Shown here: positions 41,239 through 54,249 of the stretch, in pieces | How positions within the stretch are numbered: the first letter of the stretch is position 1 | Layout of the letters: each line of letters opens with the position of its first letter | Assembly (NCBI GenBank): GCA_044892525.1 | Contig: CM097885.1 | Span: 4,342,001 to 4,406,000, forward strand | Reading direction: 5' to 3' | Source: Schmidtea polychroa | Taxonomy: Eukaryota | Length of the DNA stretch: 64,000 nucleotides | Position numbers and translations under genes: made by a program | Notes under the pieces: generated by a model | The model's input: the letters and a program-made list of their open reading frames with translations, nothing else | Database searches by the model: none | What the model was told of the DNA's origin: nothing

Positions 41239-43050
41239 TCAATGAGAAATTTTCGGTAGCTTTGCATCGTTTACCAGTGTATCGATATCAATTTCAATGT
41301 TTGTGGTTGCCAAACGCAGTAAATTTGATAGCGATTTATCAGTCATGGAACTTCTATGCTTTGATTTAATAAACTTCATAGTGGAAAAAGTACTCTCACA
41401 AAGATAAGTACTGCCGAGCATTGATCCGATTTTAAGACCAAAGTCACGCAATTTGGGATATCTTACTTCGGATAATAGTTTGAAAAAGTCTTCCCCTGTT
41501 TCACATTTATTGGTAAACTGAGGATCAGTTTGCAACTCACATAATTCTAACTGCAAATCGGACGGCACATTTGCAATACTAATAGTTAAAGGCTGACTAA
41601 AAAGTAAAATTTCTCGTTCAAATTTTCCAAAATCGATAAATCGGCTTTCGAATTCCGCGATTATCCCATCAATATATTCCACATGAGTTAAAAATATTGT
41701 GACCTCGGAATTATTCATGTCTTCAAAATGCGCCTTGCAATTAGGGAAGAAAGTAAAATCATCATTGCTCAATGTTGATTTGAATAACTGCAATTTACTC
41801 TTGAAACCTTTGCAATAGCAATAAAGGTTTGCGATATTCTGCCCCTTACCTTGTAGTTTTAAGTTCAGTGCGTTTAAGTGGTTGGTCATGTCAGTTATAA
41901 ATGCAAGTTCAGCTAAAAATATAGGATCCTGCATTTGACGAGCAAGTTCTTCGGTATCAGACTTTACTTCATTTTGGAGGAATATTGGTATTTCTTTTCG
42001 TATAGCAAAAATACGTTCTAAACATTTTCCAGCACTCAGCCAGCGGATATCTGTGTGAAGTGTCAAATCTCCATATGCAGCATCCATTTCTTCTAAAAAA
42101 CTCCGAAACTTACGATGTGTGAGGGACCTGTTACCGCCTCGTATCATATTTGTTATTTTTATTGCTACTTTCATAGCATGGGCTTGTCGTAAATTTTTTC
42201 CGCACAGTGCTTCCTGGTGGATTATACAGTGCAGAGTTGGACATTTAATGTCATTTTTCTTCAATAATCCGCAAAAGCCAATTTCTGTTCCAATCATAGC
42301 TTTGGCCCCATCTGTAATAATACATGAACACCTATCGAATCCTCCATATAGCATAACATTTTTATGGACAGCTTCAAAAATGTCGCTCCCTTTGGTGGTG
42401 TCATACAGAGATTCTAGGCTAAGGAGCTCTTCGTTGACAGTGAAATCATTTTGAATAGTACGAACAAATATTAAAAGCTGGCTAATATCTGTCAAATCAA
42501 CGCTCTCATCCAAACACAGGGAAAAATATCTACATTTTCCCATCATTTGCAGCAGCTTTTTGGAAACATGTTGGTTCATATCATCCACTCTCCTGGCCAT
42601 GGTTTGATGAGATAATGCCACGGTGTTGAATTTTTCTGCTATTTTCGGCTCATTAAATTGTTTGGCCATTTCAATTGCACATTTCTTTATTAAAAGACCA
42701 TCACTATATGATTTCTTGGACTTTGCTAACTCCAATGCCACTGAATATGAAGCAGCAAGGCTTTCCGTTTCTGTAGTGTTAAGTTTCATAAAAAATGTTG
42801 TTTGGTGCATCACGTCTTTTTTATACTTTTCAATGATCGATGTTCTGGATTCTCCGATATACGAGTCAAATTTTTCGCTATGAAGTGATACATAGTGCCT
42901 TTTAACGTTATACTCCTTACACGCCGACAAAACTTGCATACAAATTATGCATTGAATTTTATTTTTATTGTTTATAATGAAATAGTCCGATTCCCACCTG
43001 ATATTGTACGTTCGATTTTCATTTTCGATTTTTCTTCTCTTCTCAGACAT
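41239..43050 (-). CDS. hAT (Buster-type) transposase, 603 aa, intact
   Basis: BED-like CIIC..KEYNVKRHY..H, LDESVD, TDGA, HCIIHQEAL, IRWLS, STYLCESTFS. Confidence 0.93.
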   Translation of the reverse strand: MSEKRRKIENENRTYNIRWESDYFIINNKNKIQCIICMQVLSACKEYNVKRHYVSLHSEKFDSYIGESRTSIIEKYKKDVMHQTTFFMKLNTTETESLAASYSVALELAKSKKSYSDGLLIKKCAIEMAKQFNEPKIAEKFNTVALSHQTMARRVDDMNQHVSKKLLQMMGKCRYFSLCLDESVDLTDISQLLIFVRTIQNDFTVNEELLSLESLYDTTKGSDIFEAVHKNVMLYGGFDRCSCIITDGAKAMIGTEIGFCGLLKKNDIKCPTLHCIIHQEALCGKNLRQAHAMKVAIKITNMIRGGNRSLTHRKFRSFLEEMDAAYGDLTLHTDIRWLSAGKCLERIFAIRKEIPIFLQNEVKSDTEELARQMQDPIFLAELAFITDMTNHLNALNLKLQGKGQNIANLYCYCKGFKSKLQLFKSTLSNDDFTFFPNCKAHFEDMNNSEVTIFLTHVEYIDGIIAEFESRFIDFGKFEREILLFSQPLTISIANVPSDLQLELCELQTDPQFTNKCETGEDFFKLLSEVRYPKLRDFGLKIGSMLGSTYLCESTFSTMKFIKSKHRSSMTDKSLSNLLRLATTNIEIDIDTLVNDAKLPKISH

Positions 43051-43368
43051 GGGTTTCTAAAAATAAAGAATACAAAGCTATTGTATGGCATTGTTAATAT
43101 CAGTATAATGGAATATAGTCTGAAATTAATTAATACTTGCGGTTATAATATTGATTATAGTTGAAAACAACCCCACACCCTCGTAATACATATTCCGCAT
43201 TTGTATATATATATAAATTACGCCAAATTTGACTGATTGTCTATTTTTTCTATTAACAAATTACTAAATATATCCCGGTTTGGGCGACCCATTCATTTTC
43301 GCCAAACATTAAAATAATAATATATGTGTTGTTATAATAATACAAATAAAATGTCCTATGAAGACACA

Positions 43369-43370
<2 letters not shown>

Positions 43371-43442
<72 letters not shown>
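43371..43442. repeat. (TA)n microsatellite inside the hAT leader
   Basis: Direct reading. Confidence 0.95.
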
Positions 43443-43445
<3 letters not shown>

Positions 43446-44130
43446 TCACAGGCAATATATAAATTGGGTAGAGGGTTTACATATTACTTCTCGATGATCA
43501 TAAACATATACAACCTGTCGCGATTTATGAGTTGTACATTATGTGGGCCATATACCAACTTATAAGCGGGTAGTAATTTGTGTCGTAAATATTTGGCCGA
43601 ACAGTGTTTACTTATTTAGTAATATCGAGTAAATAAACAGAATAAAGAATGGTAAAAATTGTCCGCTAAGTATAGATTGAAGAAAAGTTTACAATGCGCG
43701 GCAATAACGCATTTTACATCTTTTTTTTACTGATGTCCTTCCGTATAACTTCACGACCAGTAGAGTTCGTTCGCAAAGAGAGACGCGAACGCCACGTGAA
43801 GTCTTCATTTGGAAGAAAAAAGTTTCATAACATTGTATTATATTTTAATATTAATATAAGTTTTTCGTAGCAATAAAAGTATTTACGTAAATAAGATGGT
43901 ATCAAATTATAGAGAAGTTCGCGGGCCACACAAAAGTACTTCGCGGGCCGCGGTTTGGACAGGTCTGATTAATAATAATAAAGCTAATGTAAATAATAAA
44001 AGAAAAATAAATACTATAAATGTAAAACTATCAAAATTATTATAGAATTAGAATAAGTTGAATTATGGTGCTTGAATGTCTGAAATCTAATAGTTTGTAA
44101 AATTGAACGTTACTATTTTCATTTAAATGC

Positions 44131-44170
44131 CTTACTTATATAGGCTATTGCCGAATTTGCGGACCAATCA
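44131..44170 (-). promoter_or_regulatory. CCAAT-TATA promoter module matching 48487-48526
   Basis: Reverse complement is TGATTGGTCCGCA-N15-TATATAAGTAAG, same sequence and spacing as 48487-48526. Confidence 0.7.
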
Positions 44171-44235
44171 AAATTAAGGTACCGCAAAATTAATTAATTT
44201 AATTAAAATTTATGTATTCTGTTAGCATTTTGTTT

Positions 44236-45302
44236 TGTTGGGGTTCAATAGAAGCCAAGATAAGGAAATAAAGATAAGTTATGAAAGAAACAAAGATAAA
44301 TTAAAAATAGTATTTAAATATTACCTAAAATAGAAAACAATTACTAATATTAGAATCAAAATATACATAGTAATAAACAATTACTATATTTAGATTTTAA
44401 ATAATAATAGTATTTAAATAAAAATAAGTAGTAAAAATAGTAATAAAATAATTACTATTTATAGAATAGATTAAATAAAAATAATATATATATACAGCAG
44501 TAAATTTTAGTTGAGGGGACCAATAATTTACCAATTACAAACAGGACGAAAGAATTGTTACGAAATTATCGATCAAATAGTAGAAAAATACGGACAAACG
44601 AAATTCATAACGAGAGAGCGACATATTTTGATCCGAACTACAGAACTATTATTGATTCGGAATTTCATTAGTTGTGACTTTACTTAGCTATTACAAAACC
44701 ATTTACGGGTTTATAGCAATTGCGGAAACAATCGTCGGAATGTTTTCTATTTGGAAATCTGGAGTTTTCAATTAAAGAACCAATTTGGTTTTGTGGAATT
44801 TAATTTGCAAATCGCGCAAGCATCACCAGAAACAAGGAAATTCCTCCGTTAATTATTTGGTAAATATTTTTATAGATTTTTCTTAATTAACAAAATTAAA
44901 CTTAAAGGGACTTAGCGTCAGCACACATTTTTGTAGCTGTCTCGCTTTGATTATAATTAAAGTGTTAACAATTTTCTCGGTTGACACTATCGTGGATAAA
45001 ATTCGGTTAATCCCCTATCTTGTTCTTATCACCTATATCGGGCTGTTGGCGCATTTAGGGCCAGCCTTGATCCTTAGAAGTAATCTTTAGGGCGGTTTGT
45101 ATAACCGTTTTTTGTTCTGTAGTGTGCAGCCAGTCTTTTTATTGTAATTAAATCAATTGTTTGTAAAATATTTAGTTTTAAATAAATATTTAAAAGCTTA
45201 TTTGTTATTTATATACAAATTACCTACACGTGTTATAACTAATATTTGTGGAGTCAGATTTACGATTGTGTTAGTTCGAGTATCTACCCATCGAACCTAA
45301 CA
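44236..45302 (+). mobile_element. Probable ~1.07-kb solo LTR-like element
   Basis: Starts TGTTGGGGTTC and ends GAACCTAACA; flanks GTTT / GTTC; A-rich 5' part followed by a TATA-like run. Confidence 0.5.
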
Positions 45303-45601
45303 GTTCTATAGGTTTTTCTAAAAATTATATTACTTTTTCTAAATCTTTTCTATTGATAGTATATATTTAGTGTTGTTTTTCTACTTTTATCGGTATTTAA
45401 TGTTTTAATTTGTTGTTTTAACCCTATGTTTAATTTTTCTATATATTATTTAATTATTGTACTAATTTTATATTTAATTTTAAGTTGTTTTTGATTTTTG
45501 AGGTACTTTTTTGTTGTTTCCTATTGTTTTCTCTTTTTACTTATTTACGTTATTTCATTTTTTATTTTTGTCTTAACTAACAGTCTATAGTATAGACTCT
45601 A

Positions 45602-47075
45602 TACGTTAAGGCTGTCGAAAACCTAAAGAAACGAATTAATTTAAGACTTTGTAATTCAGTCCAAATAGTTTTAACATATTGTTCTAAATCTAATTTCAAA
45701 AGGACTACTGAAATCGATGACGACTTAATATCTGTTCTATTAAGAAAAGATTTAATATGTTTAAATAGACCAAGTTATATTGGTCAATCAGTTTTGGATT
45801 TATCAAACCTTCGTATGTACCAACTTCAGTACATTGATTAAGAAAAATATCGTCTAAAATTTAATTATAAAATTAATATAATTGCTAGTGATACAGATTC
45901 CTTTTTCTTGGAAATTAAAATTTGTAGATTAAATTCTCTTTTACCAGCAATGATAAGGAATAATTTATTAGATACTGTAATGTATTGTAATTCTTTATTT
46001 TTTTTGGTTTTGTTAATTGTATGGTCTGAATGCAAATAACAATTCTGCACGTTGCACGTGGAGAAGGTTTTTTATTTTTTTAAAAAAAAACAAACTATAT
46101 AGTGATAATTTACCATAGTAAATTATCACTATAGAAAATGAATTACAAAAATTAAAAAAGTCGATAAAAAATCTAAATATAAGAAATTGGAATTAAACAG
46201 AAAATAATGCTAGTTTCAAGTTGTGTTACCTATTGACAATCGAATTGAAAATCTCCCCAATCTTGGTACTGTATTATCTATTGACAATCGAATTTATTAC
46301 GGAATCGAATTGAAAATCTCCCCCAATCTTGGTACTTTATTATCTATCGACCATTGAATTAATTACAGAATCTAACGGAATACCATTCCAATCCTTGTAC
46401 TACGTTATCCTTTGACGATCGAATTAATCTCGGAATCAAAGTATTAATTTTCAAAGTTTTGGTTTTGGTTAATAAAAGTTTTGGTATAATAAGTATTATT
46501 GTTGATTATTAATTTTATTTTTAATTTGTTACTATCTTATTACAAAACACAGCCTGCACCCCGATTGTCCCGCCACAAGTTTTAAAGGAGACTCTTTCGG
46601 GCTCATCAATTTTCTCATTAAATAACAATTCATCGAATACCGACCCCCAAACATAACATTTTCATAACATCCACGAAACTAACAAGTACATACTAACTTA
46701 ACAGATACCTCTAATTATGGGCCAACACATTCATTATATTCAAAAAGCCTTGACTCAGTAATAGGGAAATTAAAAGATGAGAGAAAGGGTCTTTGATATA
46801 ATGAATGGATATTTTTAAGACCTAAATGTTATAGCATGAAGGGTAGTAAGGGATGTATGAAAGCGAAGAGGATCACAATGCAAGATACTGGACTAACTCA
46901 TCAGTCGTATCTAAATTGTTATAATAATAATGAGATTTATACGGTACCCAATTTAGAATAACAAGTAAAAAACTTCAATTTTTTAGTATTAAAAATAATA
47001 AGAGGGCTCTAACTAATGCTGACGATAAGCGCAATTGGGTACTTAAAAATAAAAGTTATGCGTTTCGTCATTATA
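45602..47075 (+). pseudogene. Polinton pPolB C-terminal (polymerase) fragment interrupted by a solo LTR
   Basis: ENLKKR, LNRPSYIGQSVLDLS, SDTDS, LDT|SNY, GKLKDE, LRPKCYS, DDKR, AFRHY. Confidence 0.85.
45976..46703 (+). mobile_element. Solo LTR (gypsy A-related) with perfect TSD
   Basis: TGTAATGTATTG...TTAACA; 5-bp TSD GATAC; removing it restores LDTSNY in pPolB. Confidence 0.92.
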
Positions 47076-48486
47076 GAGGGAGTGGTATGATTAAGGCTGA
47101 TGATTCTGATGAAGAAATGTTGCTGTCCATAGTTGATACAGATGAAGATTTGTTATATCATCCTCATTTTCCGAATGATGTTGATGATGGTTATCAATTA
47201 ATAAAATTTGTTTTCACTCTATTTTTAAATGTTACAAAATCTTTATTTTGTTAGTGTTACTTGTGAAATTACACTATTTTTATGTTGTTCTAGTATTTTT
47301 ATGTTACTTGTACACTATTTTTAATATCACACTAATTAGCACACATTTTAATTAAAGAATTAACTCATCTGCAATACTCACATACAAAGGTCACACACGA
47401 AGGTCAATGATTCACACACGCATGTTGTTTGCAATATAAATGCATTAATTTGATTGGTTATACACAAGTATAAAAGAGAGATGAAATGACATGATAGTCA
47501 TTATTTTTAAAAATGCAATCCAAGAAGAACGTTTTTGGTGAGAAAATAGTTTCTAATTTATTGAAAGAAACAAACCAATTGAGAAAATAACTGAGGCGAA
47601 GCATGTCAAGAATGATGTGAAACCAGTACAAATCATAACCATAAGATGTATTTCTTGGTAGATGAAATTCTATATAAATTCTCAAATGCAGTCAAATTGA
47701 TCAAGTCGCAATATTCAAGTTTCATAACACATATAACAAAAGATGTTGCTGCAGTAAATAAAGTGTTGTGGAAAATCAATAAGAATCTATGTTGTAATGG
47801 AAATATATTCATCAACAATCGAAATTCCCGTTTTCATGATGCCTTTGAAGAAATTGAAAATAATAGGGAAAGCTGGTTTGTAAGTATTTCAATACAGGGA
47901 TATAAAATGGATGAAAAAGATGTCATATCACCGATTTGGAGATTAGATAATGCTCGAATTTCTCTGGGATATTAATAAATGTTTAGTTTTTAATACATAT
48001 TTTAATATAATTTTTTAATATCATAATGGGATTTGTTAAGTATTTTTTAAAAGTTGAAAATGTGTGTATGTAAAAGTTGGCTAAAAAGGCATTGTTTAAG
48101 GTGTTATGATTATGAATTTGAAATAAATAATGATGTCATTTTGTAGAGATTTAAATTTTATCTATCGTTGGGCTGAGTCGAAAGCATGGCTAGGATAATA
48201 GGATAAGTAATATGATAAAAGAAAATAAACAAAAAATTTAAAATAAACTGGAATCAAGACACAAAAGAAATAATAAATTAAGATATAAGGGTTAAAACAA
48301 AAAATAAAAATAAGAAAATTAAGATAAGGAAAATAAAATAACGAATAAAATGACGTAAAATTCAGTAAATAATGAGGAAATTAGAGAAACAAATAAAAAA
48401 TATAATAAAAATAAGGAAAATAAGGAAAAATAACCAAAAAACAGAAAAAGTAAATTAAATTAGAAAAACCAAGCGGAACTCAATTC

Positions 48487-48617
48487 TGATTGGTCCGCAC
48501 AGATGAGAAATTAATATATAAGTAAGCACCAAAATCATTAAAATCACTGTTAACTCAAAAATTTTATAGGTAAGCAAATTTCGAAAATATCAGACTGTTA
48601 ACTCAAAAATTTTATAG
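48487..48617 (+). promoter_or_regulatory. E1 promoter (CCAAT, TATA) and 24-bp direct repeat bracketing a putative 48-nt intron
   Basis: ATTGG at 48489, TATATAAG at 48515, ACTGTTAACTCAAAAATTTTATAG at 48546 and 48594, AG|GTAAG donor. Confidence 0.6.
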
Positions 48618-49864
48618 ATCCAGAAACTAGCAGCGACATACAGACAACCGAAATTATTCAAGGAACAATCAGTATTAGGAATCAAGCGGACTATTTTCAA
48701 AAGCGTAACAAATTCATTTCGACTCAGCCCTCATATCGATAAACAATAGTAAGGAGATATTTGGTTTATGTATTTCAAGTAATCATGGATATTTGTTAGA
48801 TAATTAAAATTTCATTGCTTAATGCTAACTTTTTCTTCATTTGATCCTTTTAATAATTTTAATGAGGTTAATGATTTAAATGTTTAAATGCGATTTATAA
48901 CAATAAACGAGATACTCAGAAATTTTTATGGTTTTGATTCATGACATAATATTTTATGATTTAAATTTTTATGAGAAACGTGGAGTTGAGACGTTTCATG
49001 TCATGGTGTGAGGGGCCTTCGGGTGCTCAGCCGGTGGACATGAAACCTTTCAATCACGCAGTTGATTCGGGCCGTAATGTGGGGGCTTCCCCACGGGTCC
49101 GTCACTGAAGGTCACCTAAATTTATTCAGAACAGTAGAAGACAAGTATATAATAAATTCTAAATCGAAAGAAAAGTAATGTTCATGATTCACAGTGATTG
49201 AGGGAGCTACAATCTTTATGCCTACAAGGACTTTACAAACCATAAGCATCATAAGGTGAGTGCGTCAGATAATAACTGCCATGAGACACGTCACTCAAGC
49301 CTGTAGTTCTCAGATTTTTAGATAAAATATTTCGCCAATCAAGATAATTTGAACAGTCAACGGACGATTATAGTAGGCGATTAAAACTCTTTAAAGTCCA
49401 AATTTTAGAAATTTTAAATCGAGTATTACAAATAATAATCAAACTTAAATGGATTTATACATGCAATTCATTAAACCCTCATGTGCGAAAATCATCAAAT
49501 GGGAAAAGGGAAAGTTTTTGGGGAAATACACTGACCTACATATTGTTTTGATCTTAAATGTGTTTTAGTATTTTTAAGGGAAATTTAGAGGCTAATAATT
49601 TTTGCTCAATTACGAAATCTTCATGCTCAATGGTCAGTTATTGCATCCGTCAAGACAATATTACATGTTATTAATTAATTTTTTTTATAAATAATACACA
49701 AAGTAATAACGATTAATTGTCTGGGGGGATTTTCCTTATCCACCTCTCCTGTTTTCTTTTCTTGTTGAATATTCGAGATAGTAAATGAAAATTCGCGTCA
49801 AATTTATGTTTTTGTAAAAGTAGTATATTCTGTTTGTAATAGCTCTTCCTTATAGCCCTCAGAA

Positions 49865-50320
49865 ATGTTACCGAATAAAAGACCTGTGTTACGACCCTGT
49901 TTCTCGTGTTCAGACAAAAATTCCATCATCAAGGATTTGCAGGCCCAGATCGGTCGATACAAAAGGAAAATCGACGAACTGGATACTTCTTCCAAGTCAT
50001 CGCTTCACACCAAGAAGTCCTGTCGAGAATGTGTTGAGGCCGACCTCTCGCCTAAGCGTACAGACGTAATCTTCATCGGGACCAGTAAAGCGCTACCGCC
50101 TACTGCGTCCACCTCTGCAGCGCTCCCGAATATTCTGACGGTATCAAAACCTAAGCGACGGCAATTATCGAGGGCCGAACGCAAGAAAAAACAGCGGGAA
50201 CGAGTGACCGCCAAGCAGAATAAACAATCAACGGGCAACCCGGTTAACATCAGCAGTCCCTCCACAGTGATCGATTTAACAACAGGGATTCCAGGGCGTG
50301 TCATCTCCCTGTTGGCGTAA
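49865..50320 (+). CDS. E1 protein: CxxC + coiled coil + basic tract, unknown function, 151 aa
   Basis: GC-richer ORF; LRPCFSC.DKN shared with the 56732 ORF; KPKRR.L.R shared with the 59800 ORF; CAG lies 2 nt before the ATG; AATAAA at ~50526. Confidence 0.65.
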   Translation: MLPNKRPVLRPCFSCSDKNSIIKDLQAQIGRYKRKIDELDTSSKSSLHTKKSCRECVEADLSPKRTDVIFIGTSKALPPTASTSAALPNILTVSKPKRRQLSRAERKKKQRERVTAKQNKQSTGNPVNISSPSTVIDLTTGIPGRVISLLA

Positions 50321-50715
50321 CCTGGGAGGAGAATGCCTCAGAATTTTTCAATTTAGAAGAGCTCTTAGCTGACACAGAGTGGGAGAAATGAGAACCCCGC
50401 TGTGGAGTGATCTTATCTTTCACAAACTTTTGAACTGAACTATCAGTGTTTTCTTTACCATTCTTTTTATCATCAAAATATATCTGTTGAGTGTAAATTG
50501 TCCGTGTTTTGTGTCATAATCTTGGAATAAATCATTTTTTCGTTCTGATATATATTTACGAATTTTCCATAAATATTTACGAAAGCTTTCGAGATTCGGG
50601 GGGGGTGTTAACCAATTTATATCTATCGTAAGTATAGTGAAAGGTTTGATAATATGAATAGACGGAAGTCCTTCTATCGGCAGTCGAGAAAAGGAAGTCG
50701 AGGCCTCAGTAAGGA

Positions 50716-50860
50716 GTAGTCTTAAGGTAGGGGCTCACCTGCTTACTGGTGTCTCGTCGGCATAGTACATTTCCAACGTGAAGCAATTCACGGGTACTAT
50801 GTTGGAATATAGATTGTGCAGGGTTCTGCTCGGTGTTGGCGACGTAATAGCTAACATATT
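50716..50860 (+). ncRNA. Conserved structured RNA/DNA element, copy 1
   Basis: TCGGCATAGTAC / GTACTATGTTGG stem, 8-nt bulge ATTTCCAA, CGTGAA-GCAA-TTCACG hairpin; covaries with copies 2 and 3. Confidence 0.7.
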
Positions 50861-51975
50861 CGGAATGGACAATCATCTCTTGGACGAGCAGTTAAAATAG
50901 TTGAAGTCAACCGAGTGTTGGGCTAGAACTGATTTCTAGACCCAAACTTCTAATTGTGACTGAAATGTGTAGGTACACAACATGCAAAAAGCAGAAAGTA
51001 TAGTTAAATATTAAAAACTCTACACCAAATAACCAATATTAATTAAAGGAGAAAACAAGAAATTAAATAAAATTATTCAAAAGCAAGAAGTTATGCAAAA
51101 TAGAACTCATAAATAACCAAATAAACATAGAGTTACAAAGAACAGACTCGAATAACTTAAAAGACGGTAAAAACAGTAAAAATTCCAGAAAAACCCAGAA
51201 CATTCCATAAAAATGGCGATGACCATCACAAAAGCCATCTAGAACAATAAAATTTAGAAAAAATAAATAAATTAGTAATAAAAATAAAAAATTTTAAAAA
51301 GAAATTCATAAAACATCAGTTAAAATAAAAATTAAATTAAAATTAACATGGAATGCTCTGGAACCGTTCCAAATCCATCATGGACGTAAAATTAACGAAA
51401 AATAATTAAAAAATAAAAATATAAAAATAAAAACAAAAATTATGGCACAAAAATATCAAAATCGCAAAATAGAAAATTCTGGAATAAAAAGAATTCGAGT
51501 TTGTTTTAATGCACCAATACAAACACGTGTACAAAATAGGTATATATACCGATGCATTTCAGACACAATCAATTACTTTATGCTAATATTTTATTGAAAA
51601 ATTTTCTGAAGCAATTATCAGTGAGTATTTTCGAATTGTATAATGTTATGTTACTTATGCATATAATTATTTTAATGTCAATCATTTTTTCTTTTGCTTT
51701 TGATTAAATTAATTTTAAGAGTTGTTTTCCTATTTTAGTAAATACGACGGATCAGCGGCGTCTGAGCACGTCTCTGATCGGTCCTACATCTAATTATTAA
51801 ATCTCACATCTCATGCATACATGCATTATTATTATTTATAAAACTTTTGTTGTTCGGGTCAGTCGGAGGTCGAACTACTTCATGGTCCTGCCATGGAGTT
51901 ACGTCGAGGAAACCCTCCACCTGACTCTGACCTTTAAATCTGATCCAAATTCCACACCTTTTAAAAAAACTTATC

Positions 51976-52641
51976 ATGGCGAAAAAAATTGAATTATATA
52001 ACATTCGTGAGCACCGGGCAGAAATAGGCCTTAAAGATGTCAACAAATTAATCGAATTTGTCGATTTAGGACCTGGAGCGAAGCCGGCTAACGACCTCAA
52101 ATGCAGCTGGGACAGGCTCAGGTCGCAGTTGCGACAGCCATCTTCTTCGACAGCCAGGTACATCGACGGCCTCACCCGGGGGACGGCACGTCGATCACCC
52201 GATATGGACAAAAGATCCAGTATGCTACTGAGCATTACAAGCATGAATAGTAAGATTAAATTGATACGTTCCGATCTGGAACGTATATATAGCATACTGT
52301 TCGCTACAGAAATGGATCCCAACTATGAACTGGAGTTTGATGAGAATCAGGGAAACCATCAGATGGCCCAACTCAAAGACATGCCGCTACATCGAGAGTG
52401 TCCTGCTACAAACAAACCCCCCCCAACGAAAAGGGGAACGAGAATCGACAGAATGCACAAACGTCCGAATGAAACCCCACAAAGAAACCGGGATCGAAAG
52501 ATCAAGATAAAGGGTAACTCATACGTTCATTTAATTAACAGTGAAAGAAATTTTGTATCAAATGAAAAAAGCCCCATTATGACTATACTTCTAATGAAAA
52601 AAAGGTCAGCCGTAAATGGTCGACTTACAATACAACATTAA
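51976..52641 (+). CDS. Hypothetical protein in E3, 221 aa
   Basis: GC-richer ORF in an AT-rich context; no motif recognised. Confidence 0.4.
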   Translation: MAKKIELYNIREHRAEIGLKDVNKLIEFVDLGPGAKPANDLKCSWDRLRSQLRQPSSSTARYIDGLTRGTARRSPDMDKRSSMLLSITSMNSKIKLIRSDLERIYSILFATEMDPNYELEFDENQGNHQMAQLKDMPLHRECPATNKPPPTKRGTRIDRMHKRPNETPQRNRDRKIKIKGNSYVHLINSERNFVSNEKSPIMTILLMKKRSAVNGRLTIQH

Positions 52642-54249
52642 GGTTTGTCGTAGTGGTTCCAGTGGGGCCACGAAAGCAATATTCATAATTAATTTCAACA
52701 TTTAAAATCACAACAACAGTAATACCCTAAGGCTAATAAAATGAGTAGATCTCAGACCTAAATTTATCACAATTCACACTTGATATGGACGGTTGGATTC
52801 TTCAAAACTAACTCTGCCTATACATTGTCGAACATAGCTTCGGGAAATGACCCAAATAAAATTTCTGATAAAATAAAGATTTTCTTTAACGACTGACTCA
52901 GTAATAAGGACCCGATAGATGTATCGGCAGGGTTTGGATTTTGCATTAAATGAATCATAAAAGAAAAATACAAATAATAGACCCTTCAGAACATAAAATC
53001 CCATCTTAATTTCATCTTGAATTACGTTTATAGTTTTAGTTCCTTTTAAAGGGATGGTTATAGATAAATTCGCCGACAAGATATAAATTCCAAGTAGTTA
53101 CAAGTAAATTTTATTATAAATGTAGAAATAACTTATAACTATATGTCCATTTGAGTTATGCAGATATAAATTACACATTATTATAGATGAAATTTGCTTA
53201 TAAAATAGAAACTACCAATAGTTACATGTAAATTTTATAGAATATAAATAGTTGGATATAAAGTTTTAGTATAAATATGAATTATAAAGATAGAAAATAA
53301 ATTATAATCATGTATCAAGTTGATCATGACAATGTAAATTGTAATTAGTATGGATAAAGGTTGAATGCGAAAAGGTAAATTGTAAATCGTTAGATATAGA
53401 TTATAACGGCTAAATTTTAATTATAAAATCTAAATAGTAATTATAAGATATAAATATCAACCATAAAATCTAAATTCCGATTATGACATGTAAATTATAA
53501 ATATAAATTATAATTATAATCATAACTGATCATAATCAAGGTCTGATTCTAAAAGTATAAAATATAGATAGTTTATCTTTGGAAATATGCTGAGGATTGG
53601 GAATATGAGACCTTGTTAAATTATGGATTAAAAGAACCTATAGATTAAATATAAAGCGTGCCATGATCATCATTATATTTACTATTATGACTATTATTAG
53701 CATTACTATCATTATTAGCATTATTATTGTTATTATTATTGTTGGGCTAAATTTCGGAGTGGAGAAAGCTGGAGCGAATAGAAAAAATAATCCTCGAAAA
53801 ATAAATGAAATAGAAAAAAAAATAAATTACCATCAAAACTCAGTAGCAAATAGGAAGAAACAATAAACTACCAATAAAATAATAAGAATAAGTAACCAAA
53901 CTAAATAAAACCCAATAAATCCCTTAAGACTTGGACATAAAACAAAAAGGAAACGATTTACGACACACAGCAGCTAAAATAAGTAAAATTTAAGAAAATA
54001 AGCGGAAGAATTAGAGAAATAAAATAGAAATAAAACCGTTCTAAAATAAATGCAGATTAATTAAAACAAAAAATTTTTATATTATAGTAAAATAGCCATA
54101 ACTTCGCAAGGAAAAATAGGAAAAGTAATAAAAATAAGAAAATAAATAAAATAATAATAAGAACTAAGTTAAGTCATAAAAATTTAATATAGCATAATAA
54201 AAACATAAAAAATAGTAATAAATAACGAAATTACAAACGAGTCGTGTCC

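Larger units (their letters stand above)
40888..43967 (-). mobile_element. Full-length hAT (Buster/SPIN/GTF2IRD2-like) transposon
   Basis: TIR CAGggCTGTCCAA / TTGGACAGgtCTG; TSD AATAATAA / ATTAATAA (7/8 match); subterminal GGGCCGC motifs. Confidence 0.9.

Noticed and set aside
51882..51900. CA-TGGTCCTGCC as an LTR end plus PBS ahead of the 51976 ORF (BEL-like gag)
   Set aside because: Only ~7 nt resemble a tRNA end, the ORF has no gag motifs, and the CGAG TSD places the element end at 60438
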